Assembly (NCBI GenBank): GCA_002328405.1
Contig: DCXM01000006.1
Span: 711,837 to 775,836 of the forward strand
Source: Proteobacteria bacterium UBA2136
Lineage (GTDB): Bacteria > Pseudomonadota > Alphaproteobacteria > UBA2136
Length of the DNA stretch: 64,000 nucleotides
Direction of reading: 5' to 3'
In this document: piece after piece, positions 28,020-37,274 of the stretch
Layout of the letters: the number at the start of each line of letters is the position of its first letter
How positions within the stretch are numbered: position 1 is the first letter of the stretch
Notes under the pieces: model-generated
What the model was told of the DNA's origin: nothing
The model's input: only the letters and a program-made list of their open reading frames with translations
Databases searched by the model: none
Program-made: the position numbers and the translations under genes

Positions 28020-28715
28020 ATGAATCAATCAGTAGATCTACCAATGGTAGATAGTCAACCACGTGTACGTCGTTCAACCTATATTGCCAATCACTTGCGT
28101 AATATGATTTTTACAGGTGCCTTAAAACCAGGTGACCGCTTACCAACAGAAGAGCAGCTATGCAAGCATTTTGGTGTATCTCGCACCACATTGCGTGAGT
28201 CTGTTCAGATGTTGCGTGTTTCTGGCCTTTTGGATGTGACACCCGGTCGCGGTAGCTTTATTCGCTTGCCAGACCCTGGTGTTTTGATGAAGGATCTTGC
28301 GCTTTTGGGGCAATACAGCACCATGGATAAAGAAGACGTTGCAGCATTGCGTGTTTTGTTAGAAGTGGAAATGGTTCGCCTTGCTTGTGAAGCTTCTGCT
28401 GAAAAGAAAAAGATTTTACAGTCTTACGTTATCAGCCGCCAAGGCAACGCAGAAGAAATTGAAGAAACAGAGCGTCAATGGCACATGGCAATTGCGGAAG
28501 TGGCTGGCAACAGCCTGAGCAAAACCATGCTAGAAGCGTTGCTGAGCATGCAAAAAGTGGATCGCTTAAAGCGTTTTGAGGACGCTGACGAGATTATGAG
28601 AACCATGGGTGTGCAAATTCGCCTAAATTCTGCCATCAATGAAGGCGATAAGAACATGGCTGTGCGCGTGATCTCAAGCTACTTGGGTAGCGTTGCGCCA
28701 CAGTTGCAAAACTAA
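28020..28715 (+). CDS. GntR-family transcriptional regulator (FadR/FCD subfamily)
   Basis: wHTH LPTEEQLCKHFGVSRTTLRESVQMLRVSGLLDVTPGRGSFI plus a helical C-terminal domain. Confidence 0.85.
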   Translation: MNQSVDLPMVDSQPRVRRSTYIANHLRNMIFTGALKPGDRLPTEEQLCKHFGVSRTTLRESVQMLRVSGLLDVTPGRGSFIRLPDPGVLMKDLALLGQYSTMDKEDVAALRVLLEVEMVRLACEASAEKKKILQSYVISRQGNAEEIEETERQWHMAIAEVAGNSLSKTMLEALLSMQKVDRLKRFEDADEIMRTMGVQIRLNSAINEGDKNMAVRVISSYLGSVAPQLQN

Positions 28716-28733
28716 GCTTCCGCTTGGTGAAGG

Positions 28734-29285
28734 TTACTTTAAGTTTTTGATGTAATCTTGAATAATTTGGAAGGCTACGTTAATTTTTTTAACGTGGTCT
28801 TCTTCTTTTTTAGAGCCCTTGTTAAGGTCTGGGTGGTGCTTTTTCATCAACGCAAGGTATGTCTTTTTTAAGGTGGCAAAGTCAATGGGCAGTTTAATGC
28901 TTAAAATATCGCAAGCCTCTTGCACATCTGGGGTGACTTCTTCGGCTTCTTCTTCTGTGTAAAATCCATATGATTTACGGATGTTTTCTTCCCGCTGGCG
29001 CTGTTTGAAAAAGGTGAACAAGTCTTCGGCATTGGCAAAGGTGAACTGTGCTGTTTTGGCGCTGACACCGTGGATGCCAAAGCGTCTTGTAGGTCGGTTC
29101 CATGTGGACTTTGTTTGCATGGCGAAGATATCGTCATCGCTCATGCCATCCAAGCCGTTCCATCGTTTGTTGAATTCTTTAATATGCTCTTGGCAAAAGT
29201 ATTGACGGTCGTAAATGTCCTTCGTGCTCTTGGGAGCAGCAAAAGTTCCTTCTTCCTTACAGTTTGGCCATGCACATTTTTTCAT
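28734..29285 (-). CDS. J-domain protein with N-terminal Cys-rich region
   Basis: C-terminal J domain (LKKTYLALMKKHHPDLNKG, HPD present). N-terminal CAWPNC ... FCQEH. Lies 47 nt downstream of the prepilin peptidase gene on the same strand, with no obvious terminator between them. Confidence 0.75.
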   Translation of the reverse strand: MKKCAWPNCKEEGTFAAPKSTKDIYDRQYFCQEHIKEFNKRWNGLDGMSDDDIFAMQTKSTWNRPTRRFGIHGVSAKTAQFTFANAEDLFTFFKQRQREENIRKSYGFYTEEEAEEVTPDVQEACDILSIKLPIDFATLKKTYLALMKKHHPDLNKGSKKEEDHVKKINVAFQIIQDYIKNLK

Positions 29286-29332
29286 GTGCTAGTTATAGGG
29301 CGGTTTGCCCGATAAAGCAAGTGATTGATTTG

Positions 29333-29926
29333 TTATAGAAGGTGCTTAAAAAGCATAAAGCTCCACAAGGCCAAAATCAGGGCAGGTCCAAAGGAAATAT
29401 GTTTGTTATATGCCCTTAAAACTGGCCAAAGTAAAAGCGCAAAAAAGAATGCCAACCAAAAAAAGTAATGTAGATTTAAAACCCCGACAAAAGCCCCTGC
29501 GGCAAGGCAAAACTTAATGTCGCCACCGCCGATGCCGCTGTGTTTGTCCATTTTTTCTGAAATGAAGTTAAGTATCAGCAAGCTAAAGCCAGCAACCACA
29601 ACCCCAAAAAAGGATTCTACGGGTGTAACATGGCTTGACCAAAAGCTGTAAATCAGACCAATTAAAGCCAGTGGAAGGGTGTAAATATCCAATAAAATAA
29701 GGTGCTTAAGGTCAAGGGCGGTCAGCCGTGCCAGTAAGGGGGAAATGGCGCAGAGAACCATGGCCTCTAAGCTTAAAATTGCACCGTTGAAAGCGCATGT
29801 TAAACTGGTTATGAACAGCAACCATAAGCCCAGCCAAAGCTTGTTGAGGGGCAGTTGATGAAAAGGCCCTTTATCAATTTCAGCTTGGGGGATAAACCGC
29901 TTTTCAATTGGCCACATATCACTCAT
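29333..29926 (-). CDS. Prepilin peptidase (A24 family), peptidase-only form without N-methyltransferase domain
   Basis: ARLTALDLKHLILLDIYTLPLALIGLIY and GIGGGDIKFCLAAGAFVG, the two catalytic Asp motifs. About 197 aa. ATG 29926 overlaps the upstream stop (ATGAGTGA); the listed ORF extends to 29992. Confidence 0.75.
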   Translation of the reverse strand: MSDMWPIEKRFIPQAEIDKGPFHQLPLNKLWLGLWLLFITSLTCAFNGAILSLEAMVLCAISPLLARLTALDLKHLILLDIYTLPLALIGLIYSFWSSHVTPVESFFGVVVAGFSLLILNFISEKMDKHSGIGGGDIKFCLAAGAFVGVLNLHYFFWLAFFFALLLWPVLRAYNKHISFGPALILALWSFMLFKHLL

Positions 29927-30824
29927 AAATAATGGACGCAGAAAACGGTGGTTTGTTTGGGTTTGGTCGGTCTTGGATAAAGTTGGAGTCATATTTTAAA
30001 ACCCGTTTCCAAGGGTCAAAGGCAAACTCTTCAGGCAAGCCAATTTTTTTCATCAATTCGGCCATGCTTAAGCTGTCGCCGGAAACGTAAATGGTGTTGC
30101 TGCCACCGGTTTTGACGTCGTCATAGTAAGTGGCGCCGGAAATATCGGTGTTGGATTGTGGGTAAAAGTTAAATTCGGTGTATTTGTCACCATCGAGTGG
30201 GAAGTTGTAGCACCAAGCGGCTTCTGGGCATTCGGCCTGCGCTTCAATAAAGTTGGCTGAGCTGTAATCTTCTAGCTTGCTGATAATCAATTGGGCACGA
30301 CCTTGATATTCGTTCACACGGGCTTTTTCCACTTCAAAGGTAGTGTATTTAATGCCAATGTCATCGTTTAAAGGTTGCCATGTGTTCCACTCGGCTTCAA
30401 AAGTTGGTGCAGGGGTGTCGTCGACACCGTCTTTACCGGAAGAGTGGATGGTGGCAAGGTTTTCGGTCACCTCAAAGTCATTGATGCGGGTTGTGCGGGT
30501 TAAGGTGTTGTAACGCCACTCATTGTCCCACGGGTCTTTTAAAAGGGTGGTTTCTTCAATGTAGCCTGTTTCAAAAAGGGTGCGCACGTCAGGTGCAAGG
30601 GCTGTAAAGCCTTTGCCTTTGTAATGGTTTTCTAACGCGTCTTTAATAATTTGTAGGCCAATTTCAGCGCCTTCAACGCGGCTTCGCTCAAGTTTTGACA
30701 TCATGGTTACGCCACCTGTGGCCGCCAGCACACTGGCGATAATCAGCGCAATACGCGCATCCATACCAAACATGGCACCTTTTTGGTTGGCTAAAAAGTG
30801 ATTCAATTTGAGCAATGGTTTCAT
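29919..30824 (-). CDS. GspG-like pseudopilin with non-canonical leader junction
   Basis: MKPLLKLNHFLANQKG|AMFGMDARIALIIASVLAA, then a GspG-type motif LLKDPWDNEWRYN ... IHSSGKDGVDD. Confidence 0.6.
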   Translation of the reverse strand: MKPLLKLNHFLANQKGAMFGMDARIALIIASVLAATGGVTMMSKLERSRVEGAEIGLQIIKDALENHYKGKGFTALAPDVRTLFETGYIEETTLLKDPWDNEWRYNTLTRTTRINDFEVTENLATIHSSGKDGVDDTPAPTFEAEWNTWQPLNDDIGIKYTTFEVEKARVNEYQGRAQLIISKLEDYSSANFIEAQAECPEAAWCYNFPLDGDKYTEFNFYPQSNTDISGATYYDDVKTGGSNTIYVSGDSLSMAELMKKIGLPEEFAFDPWKRVLKYDSNFIQDRPNPNKPPFSASIIYE

Positions 30825-30834
30825 GCGTTGATTT

Positions 30835-31560
30835 TTACCTCATATCTAAACGTTTTTTATAAGTATAACCCCAAGGCGCCGTAAATGAAAGCACAACAAC
30901 CTTGTCTGACTTTCGGTCATATTTAAAAGGTTGGCCCCACACGTCTTTAAGGCCTGTGGCGGCATTGACTTGTGTTTTATATTCTTCATTAGATGGGAAC
31001 TTGTAACCGTAAGTCATGTAAGAGCGGTAAATGACCGAGGTTTCACGCTCTAGCAGTTTTTTGCTTTCAGCAATTTGTTTTTTGCGTACATCTTCGCTGT
31101 CAAACATCACCACACTGTCTTTTGCGGTGTTATAATCGGCCATAGCGTCACTGCCCAGTGTGCCAATTTCTTTTTGAATGCTTTCATCGTCGGATGTGGT
31201 GATCAACACCCGTTTGTTGGTGGTGTTAAAAGCACCACTTTTGACGGCACTGCTTAAAAAGGCTTGTTCGCCAGACTTTGTTTTACCTGTACTACCACTT
31301 AAAAATTGTTGCGCACGCTCAAGGTTGATGTCATTGCTAAAGCCTGTGGTTGCAACGTTTTCTGTCAGCATCGCGTTTTCAAGGGCTTGTTTGATTTGCT
31401 CGGCCTTTTGGCGTTCTTGCTGGATGTTTTGCTCTTCAATGTTGACAATTTCACGCTTGGCCCAGTGGTTCATGGCGGCGCTAAAGACAGCCACCCCCAT
31501 CAACATACCATACATAAAAGGGGAAAAAGCACCGCGCTGGTTTTGAAGACCTTTAAGCAT
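30835..31560 (-). CDS. Pilin-like protein (short basic leader ending in G-A, hydrophobic helix)
   Basis: MLKGLQNQRG|AFSPFMYGMLMGVAVFSAAM. C-terminal DVWGQPFKYDRKSDKVVVLSFTAPWG resembles the GspG DPWG..Y motif. Confidence 0.5.
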   Translation of the reverse strand: MLKGLQNQRGAFSPFMYGMLMGVAVFSAAMNHWAKREIVNIEEQNIQQERQKAEQIKQALENAMLTENVATTGFSNDINLERAQQFLSGSTGKTKSGEQAFLSSAVKSGAFNTTNKRVLITTSDDESIQKEIGTLGSDAMADYNTAKDSVVMFDSEDVRKKQIAESKKLLERETSVIYRSYMTYGYKFPSNEEYKTQVNAATGLKDVWGQPFKYDRKSDKVVVLSFTAPWGYTYKKRLDMR

Positions 31561-31574
31561 GCAAACCTCCTTGT

Positions 31575-32720
31575 TTATAAGGCAATTTTAATTTCTAGGA
31601 CGTATTGGTTGTCCAACATATCAAGCACAACTTTGCGTGATAAGATTTCTTTAATCGTTGCATTAATCTTATGGGAGTTACCTTGAGTTTTTTGCCCTAA
31701 AATACCGGCACGTTCAGCAAATTGATCCAACGCTTCTTGCTTTAAAAGCAGGTACTGGTTGTAGGATTCTTCTGAAATAGCTTCCTTGTTCGGCATGTAA
31801 GACTCGATCAATGCTTCAATTTCTGATGTGTCCTGCTCGGCATAGGTGACACGAATGGGGATGCGGTCCCCTTCGGTGTAGCGTTTGTTGTTGATAATGG
31901 CATAAGGGTACGGCGAGGTAACAATGCTTTGAATGCTTAGCTTTGCAAGTTCGCTTTCAAAGTCAATTTCCTTGATGTTTGCATCCCGTGTTTTGGTGGC
32001 TTGGGTGATGATGTTTTCCAAAAAGGATGCAAATGCGTCCAACCCTTGCCTTTGTTCGGTGGTGATTTTATCAAGGTTTGGCAAGTCGTTGATAGAAATA
32101 TGGTACTCAGGCAATCCGGTAATGTCGGGTGTTTGCTCTTCTTCCTCTGCAAGGTCGCTGGACTTAAGATATTGATTGCTTTCCCCTAGCATGGAGTCGA
32201 ATGATTCGGCAATGCTTTTTTCGCGGTGAGCTTCCACCACGTAGCCTTCATCATCGACTTCAATTTTAACTTTGCGATTGTCGGCCAAAATTCTGGCTTG
32301 ATTGCTGGATACCAGTTCGGCTTGTGCCACAGCACCGGTGGACAAGCGCACTTCTAAACCGCTGCCAATTTCAACATCGGGGTACACTTCTTTAAACTTA
32401 CGGTTTTGTTTTTTAAGGCCGAACCTTTGTTCGAAAACGTCACGGCTGTATTTACTGCGCCCAATGTCGGATGTCAGGGGTTTGGGGGTGTAAGGGTCAA
32501 TGTTTTTGGTGGTCAACAGGTCCTTTAAAGTTGCAATGTACTTTTCGGACTCGTCGCCTTTTTTGCGTTCATATTCGCTGATGACATCTTGCCTTAAAAA
32601 CTCAAAGTCTGGCTGGCCAACAAAGGTTTTTGGCCATGGTAAACCTTCTTGGGCCACTGCGGTGGAAATAAATATAGATGACGCCAGTAAAATGTTAAAT
32701 GATGTTCGGATCATACGCAT
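31575..32720 (-). CDS. Secreted/periplasmic component of the filament operon, function unknown
   Basis: Signal peptide MRMIRTSFNILLASSIFISTAVAQ. Acidic 381-aa protein. No secretin-type motifs recognised. Confidence 0.5.
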   Translation of the reverse strand: MRMIRTSFNILLASSIFISTAVAQEGLPWPKTFVGQPDFEFLRQDVISEYERKKGDESEKYIATLKDLLTTKNIDPYTPKPLTSDIGRSKYSRDVFEQRFGLKKQNRKFKEVYPDVEIGSGLEVRLSTGAVAQAELVSSNQARILADNRKVKIEVDDEGYVVEAHREKSIAESFDSMLGESNQYLKSSDLAEEEEQTPDITGLPEYHISINDLPNLDKITTEQRQGLDAFASFLENIITQATKTRDANIKEIDFESELAKLSIQSIVTSPYPYAIINNKRYTEGDRIPIRVTYAEQDTSEIEALIESYMPNKEAISEESYNQYLLLKQEALDQFAERAGILGQKTQGNSHKINATIKEILSRKVVLDMLDNQYVLEIKIAL

Positions 32721-33201
32721 AGAGGTACCCTTCTATATTGATCATGTGTTGGTCTTCGGCCAGTTGTTCGTTGGTAGCGCCGCAGCCAAAGCACAGGTTG
32801 TAAATGACAAAGCCTGGCAATGACGGCAAGGTTTGCATTTTTTTAAGCAGTTCTTGCGTTTCGTTAAATGTGGCTGGGCCGGTAATTTTAAAGGTGTGGC
32901 GAATGATGCCAAGGTGGGCATCTTGCCTTCTGGCTTGGCCAATGAAGTTAAATTTCAGGCCAGGTTCACCAATTTCAAGTAAACGCTCGATGATGTTTTT
33001 CTTGTCGTCACCACGGACCACGGCAAATTTTGGAATTTGCTTGCTGCGCTGTTCAATGCGTTGGTAGCGGTCAAGTTTGTCCTTTGCTTCAATGAGGCCA
33101 CGTTTTTTGGCAACAATCAGGTCTTCATTTTCCATGTATTTATAACTGCCGACAATGGCTGTAAAAACAAGGATAGCAATACCGAGTGTGAATTTCATCA
33201 T
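32695..33201 (-). CDS. GspM / PilO-like bitopic assembly protein (topology-based call)
   Basis: N-terminal TM (FTLGIAILVFTAIVGSY), a coiled-coil stretch, then a ~100-aa globular domain. Position is between the GspL-like and periplasmic genes. Confidence 0.4.
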   Translation of the reverse strand: MMKFTLGIAILVFTAIVGSYKYMENEDLIVAKKRGLIEAKDKLDRYQRIEQRSKQIPKFAVVRGDDKKNIIERLLEIGEPGLKFNFIGQARRQDAHLGIIRHTFKITGPATFNETQELLKKMQTLPSLPGFVIYNLCFGCGATNEQLAEDQHMINIEGYLYAYDPNII

Positions 33202-33206
33202 GGGGT

Positions 33207-34337
33207 TTATTCTCCTTCGCTGGTGGCCGTGCTGATGGTTTGCTGTTGCGCACGCTTCACATCTTCTTGGTATTCGGCCAGCATTTCCGAAATAGGTTCT
33301 AGTTCTACCAAGCCTTCAATGGTAAATTGGTTGCCACCTGGTGGACGGCGAATACCGGACATGGTCACGCTTTGACCCAACAACGCCTTGCTAATCGGCT
33401 CTTCTTCCAGCCAGCCTTTGTAAGCATCTTTTTGGGCTTTGATGGTCACCAGTAAGATGTCCGAAGGTTCTTGCGCGTCCGGTGTTTTAATTTCAAAGTT
33501 AGCAATTTTCATGCCCGAGCGTTGAATGGCGTTGGCCACGTCGGTCGCCACGAATGACATAAGATTGCGGTAACGCATAAATTGCTGTTGCTCGGTGATG
33601 GCACGGTTAAGCTCTAGGTAGCTTTTACCCGATGGTGTTTCAAGGTCCACCGTACGAATTTTTTGTGAAAGGTCGTCAATTTCACTGCCTTGAATGAAGA
33701 TAACGATATACGCCATGATCGCCACAAGAATGGAAACAAACATCAAGGCAAAGCCATACTTTTCTTGGAAGCTTGGCATGTTAACCCAAGCATCTTCTGT
33801 GATCTCTAGATCGTTCACAGAGCGCAGTTTAACGCCCAGTTCGCTAATGCGGTTGTTTTCCCATGAGGTGTATAAAAATCGTTCCGTTGTCCGTGGGTAT
33901 GACTTTAAAATGTTTTGAATGTCCCGCACCCATGAAACAGGGGAGGTGGGCTGAACATAACTGTCATTGCTGTCCCAGTGGAAGATGATGTCTGCGGTGA
34001 CGAGAATATGCACTTCGTTGGCGTTGTTACTGCGCATCCGGCACATGTCAATCAATGGAATGTCCCCAAAGGCTTGTTGTGCAATTAAAATGCTTTGTTC
34101 GTCGGCTTCCTCTTCAGAATCTGTAAGGTAGATGTACGGGTCAATCGGCTCGCCGTCAAGGTCACGTGGTGCAAAGAAAAGTAGCGCTAAGTTTCGGCGT
34201 GACTGTTCATCGGTCACGTCCTGCCACGTGTCCGCAAAGATGGACTCGCTTGAACTTTCGGGGAAGTATTCAACACGGTTTAAGCCAAGAAAGCAGATGT
34301 TCTTGAACTTTTGACCAATTTCAAAACTTTTTGACAT
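33207..34337 (-). CDS. GspL / PilM-PilN-like bitopic assembly protein (topology-based call)
   Basis: About 195-aa cytoplasmic part, a single TM (FALMFVSILVAIMAYIVIFIQ), and about 160-aa periplasmic part. Immediately downstream of the platform gene. Confidence 0.4.
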   Translation of the reverse strand: MSKSFEIGQKFKNICFLGLNRVEYFPESSSESIFADTWQDVTDEQSRRNLALLFFAPRDLDGEPIDPYIYLTDSEEEADEQSILIAQQAFGDIPLIDMCRMRSNNANEVHILVTADIIFHWDSNDSYVQPTSPVSWVRDIQNILKSYPRTTERFLYTSWENNRISELGVKLRSVNDLEITEDAWVNMPSFQEKYGFALMFVSILVAIMAYIVIFIQGSEIDDLSQKIRTVDLETPSGKSYLELNRAITEQQQFMRYRNLMSFVATDVANAIQRSGMKIANFEIKTPDAQEPSDILLVTIKAQKDAYKGWLEEEPISKALLGQSVTMSGIRRPPGGNQFTIEGLVELEPISEMLAEYQEDVKRAQQQTISTATSEGE

Positions 34338-34353
34338 GTTTTATTTTCCCTTT

Positions 34354-35448
34354 TTAGTTTTGTGACATCACAATAGCCAACATTTCCAACAGCAACACAG
34401 CGCCACCTAACAACCACATAATGGTTGAAAATACACTGATAAACTTGGTGTAAGCGTCGTTCAGCTCACGCTCAAGAATAGAATAGGCGTGGTTCATCCC
34501 CTCAATCATCACATCGTTGATGCCACGTTCGTTACCAGCGTAAGTTTCTGAAACTTTAACCGGTGTCACAGAAATCATTGGGAAGCCAGCTTTTTCCATA
34601 GCGTCGGACATTTGCCCACCTGTGGTAATAACCTGATTAAACAGGTCAATCCGTCTTTTTAAAATGGCGTTGGTGGCCAAGGCTTCCATAATGGGGATCA
34701 TTTGCTTTGGTTTCACGCCACTGGCAATTAAATGTGGGAAGTAAAGCAACATGCTGGCATATGTTTTGTATGTGATGTACTTACCAAAACCAGGGATACG
34801 TAAAACATAACTGTCAATCCAAAAGCGGCCTTGGGCGGACTTGGCCACACTGTAAGCTGTGACACAAAAAATAATAAATCCACTTAATAAAAAGTACCAG
34901 TAGTTTGCCATGCTTGCGGTAAAGTCCATAATCATTTGTGGAATGGCAGCCATTTGCTTGCCTTGCGCTTGGCGCATTTGTGCCATGGTTGGCATGGTGT
35001 TTAAACCGGTGTTAAAAAGGGAAATGCAACTCATAAAGAAGAGAATGGAAGGCGTGATAATTTCCGCCATACCACTGCGCTGGTTTTTAATCTTCTTGTC
35101 TTCAAGTTGTTGTAATAACTGGAACGCTTGGGTCATGTTGTTAGAAGCTTCACCTGCCAAAATGGCAGCGCGGTGAATATCCGTAAACAGGACATATTCA
35201 TGTTCAGATGCGCGGCTAAGCGGCTTACCCTGTGCCACTTTTTGGGCAATACCGTGGAGGGCGGCGCTCAGCTCTTCTTTTTTCTCAGATCGGAAGGCAC
35301 GGGCAACAGCGCGGACACAAGCCTCGGTAGGCTGTCCACTTTTGAGCATTTGGTGCATCAAGAAAAACAAGCGCTCGCGGTCACGCGCGCTGATTTCTCG
35401 ACATCTAGGGCCAATGCCGTCGTTACTGAATTGTTTCCATATCTGCAC
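34354..35448 (-). CDS. GspF / PilC-family inner-membrane platform protein
   Basis: Two-repeat layout with ILAGEASNNMTQAFQLLQ-type motifs and three TM segments. Overlaps the ATPase gene end by 26 nt. Confidence 0.75.
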   Translation of the reverse strand: MQIWKQFSNDGIGPRCREISARDRERLFFLMHQMLKSGQPTEACVRAVARAFRSEKKEELSAALHGIAQKVAQGKPLSRASEHEYVLFTDIHRAAILAGEASNNMTQAFQLLQQLEDKKIKNQRSGMAEIITPSILFFMSCISLFNTGLNTMPTMAQMRQAQGKQMAAIPQMIMDFTASMANYWYFLLSGFIIFCVTAYSVAKSAQGRFWIDSYVLRIPGFGKYITYKTYASMLLYFPHLIASGVKPKQMIPIMEALATNAILKRRIDLFNQVITTGGQMSDAMEKAGFPMISVTPVKVSETYAGNERGINDVMIEGMNHAYSILERELNDAYTKFISVFSTIMWLLGGAVLLLEMLAIVMSQN

Positions 35449-37120
35449 TAAAGAATTTCTCCAGTTCTTCTAAACTTGTAATACCATTTTTAACATGCAA
35501 CAAACCGCCTGAAAGCATGTCAATCATATGACCGCTTGAGCGTGCTTGTTCTCGAATAATGTCCAGCCAGTCTGGGCGCAAACGGGTGTTTGTCCAAATG
35601 TTACGGCTGATGTCCTTGCGCCAAAGTTCTAAAACCTCTTCAATGGCAATACGGCCAAGGTAGCCGCGGTAACGGCAATGTTCACAGCCGTTGCGGTTGG
35701 GTCTGTAAATAATGTCGCCAGCTCTAAAGCCTACTTTGCGCAAGTTGTTTAATTTGTCGGCGTATTCCAAATCAATCTCTGTGGGGATTTTGCATTTAGA
35801 ACAAAGTCTACGCACCAATCTTTGCGAAATAATCCCACGGACGTTGGTGAAAATCTGCTCTGGCGGCACTTTACGTTGAATCAATCGATCCAGCGTCATA
35901 AAGGTATCGTTGGCGTGCATGGTGGTGATAACAAGGTGACCAAGGTTACCAGCGTCAATCGCCTTTTGGGTGTCCTCAGGACTTCGCACCTCACCAATAA
36001 ACAGCACGTCAGGGTCCAAGCCAAGGGCTGCATACATAAATGTTTCAAGGTTTAAACCGGCGGATGTGTCTTCCTCTGTTTGGATGACGTTGTCCATCCG
36101 TTCCTCAATTTGTTTTTCATACGAAATAACGTTTTGACCTGGGCGTTGACCACGGCGAATCATCAAACGTGCGGCGGTGGATTTACCTGAACCTGTTGGA
36201 CCAGAGAAGATGATACAGCCTTCTTCAAAGCGCATGAGGTTGTCAATTTTTTCAATGGTGGTGTTGGAGTAACCAAAGCTGTCCAAGTTCCCTTCAAAGG
36301 ACCTTAAGAAACGCATAGCAATTTTGGCTGTACCTTCTAAGGTGATGGGCTGGGTTGTGTAACGAATATCCACCTGTTGCCTTGATGAAAGGTCAAAGGT
36401 CATACGGCCGTAAAGTGGCTTTTTGTAGTTTTCCGCACGGACACCGGCAATGTGGCGCAAGCGTCCCAAAACGCGCTCATACACTTCCACAGGCAGGGGC
36501 ACAAGCTCTTCAAGTTCGCCATCAATACGGGCAAGAACCGTTGGCTTACGGTTTAAAATTTCAATGTGTAAATCGGTGGCGCCGTTTTTAAAAGCGGTGC
36601 GGATGATTTCGTCTGTTAGTGAAACGATAGCGTCATCATTCCCTTGGTTGATTTGCGCATAAGCATTCTCAACCAAGAATTTTAGGGAGTGACCTTCACG
36701 CTTGGACATGCGCTCAATCGCCCCTTCAATGGCTTTAGGCGTTGCCCAAACAAACTCGTGGCGGGACTTGCGGTGACGCAACACAATTTCACTGACCAAG
36801 CGCTTGTTCGGCAGATCGGCAGCGGCCCAAATAATGGTTCCACGTGCCAACTCAATCGGGCAGGCGGTGTAAAACATCATAAACTCACGGTCAATGCCGT
36901 CAATCTGGTGTGGGGTGGTGGCCATCATTTCTTCATCGCTTTTGATAGTGTAGTCATAAGCAATGGCACGGTAGCGCATTTGCTGCACTTCTGACAATTT
37001 ACCCGCACGACCAAGGGCTTCAATCAAGGCGTCAGGATCTTTTTGTACCGTAACAGGGAAACCTTGTAGGTCCCCAATTGTTACAATATGATCACTGATC
37101 ATCAAATCGACAATGTCCAA
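35423..37120 (-). CDS. Type II secretion / type IV pilus assembly ATPase (GspE/PilB family)
   Basis: Walker A FSGPTGSGKST, Walker B DPDVLFIGEVR, His box GHLVITTMHAN, tetracysteine CSKC...CEHC. TTG start preceded by AGGGGG. Confidence 0.9.
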   Translation of the reverse strand: MDIVDLMISDHIVTIGDLQGFPVTVQKDPDALIEALGRAGKLSEVQQMRYRAIAYDYTIKSDEEMMATTPHQIDGIDREFMMFYTACPIELARGTIIWAAADLPNKRLVSEIVLRHRKSRHEFVWATPKAIEGAIERMSKREGHSLKFLVENAYAQINQGNDDAIVSLTDEIIRTAFKNGATDLHIEILNRKPTVLARIDGELEELVPLPVEVYERVLGRLRHIAGVRAENYKKPLYGRMTFDLSSRQQVDIRYTTQPITLEGTAKIAMRFLRSFEGNLDSFGYSNTTIEKIDNLMRFEEGCIIFSGPTGSGKSTAARLMIRRGQRPGQNVISYEKQIEERMDNVIQTEEDTSAGLNLETFMYAALGLDPDVLFIGEVRSPEDTQKAIDAGNLGHLVITTMHANDTFMTLDRLIQRKVPPEQIFTNVRGIISQRLVRRLCSKCKIPTEIDLEYADKLNNLRKVGFRAGDIIYRPNRNGCEHCRYRGYLGRIAIEEVLELWRKDISRNIWTNTRLRPDWLDIIREQARSSGHMIDMLSGGLLHVKNGITSLEELEKFFSADMETIQ

Positions 37121-37164
37121 AATTAAACCCCCTGTTTAAATAGATTTATCCTTGGGTAGTCTAC

Positions 37165-37200
37165 ACTAAAAAACGCCAAACATAAAAGACTTGGCGTTTA
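37165..37200 (-). terminator. Rho-independent terminator after the major pilin-like gene
   Basis: Minus strand: AAACGCCAA-(11 nt)-TTGGCGTTT followed by a T-run. Lies between the pilin gene and the ATPase gene, the arrangement typical for major pilins. Confidence 0.65.
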
Positions 37201-37274
37201 AATGGGCTTAAATTAACCAAAGAGCGTGCAGAGCGATGCGTTGTTTTTCACACACTCTAAAAAGTTATAGCTCT

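Noticed and set aside
31575-32720. The secreted 381-aa protein as the missing secretin of the filament operon
   Set aside because: It is too short, and it lacks the long C-terminal beta-rich secretin core and N0/N1-type repeats as far as I can see. A GspC/PilP-like role cannot be excluded.
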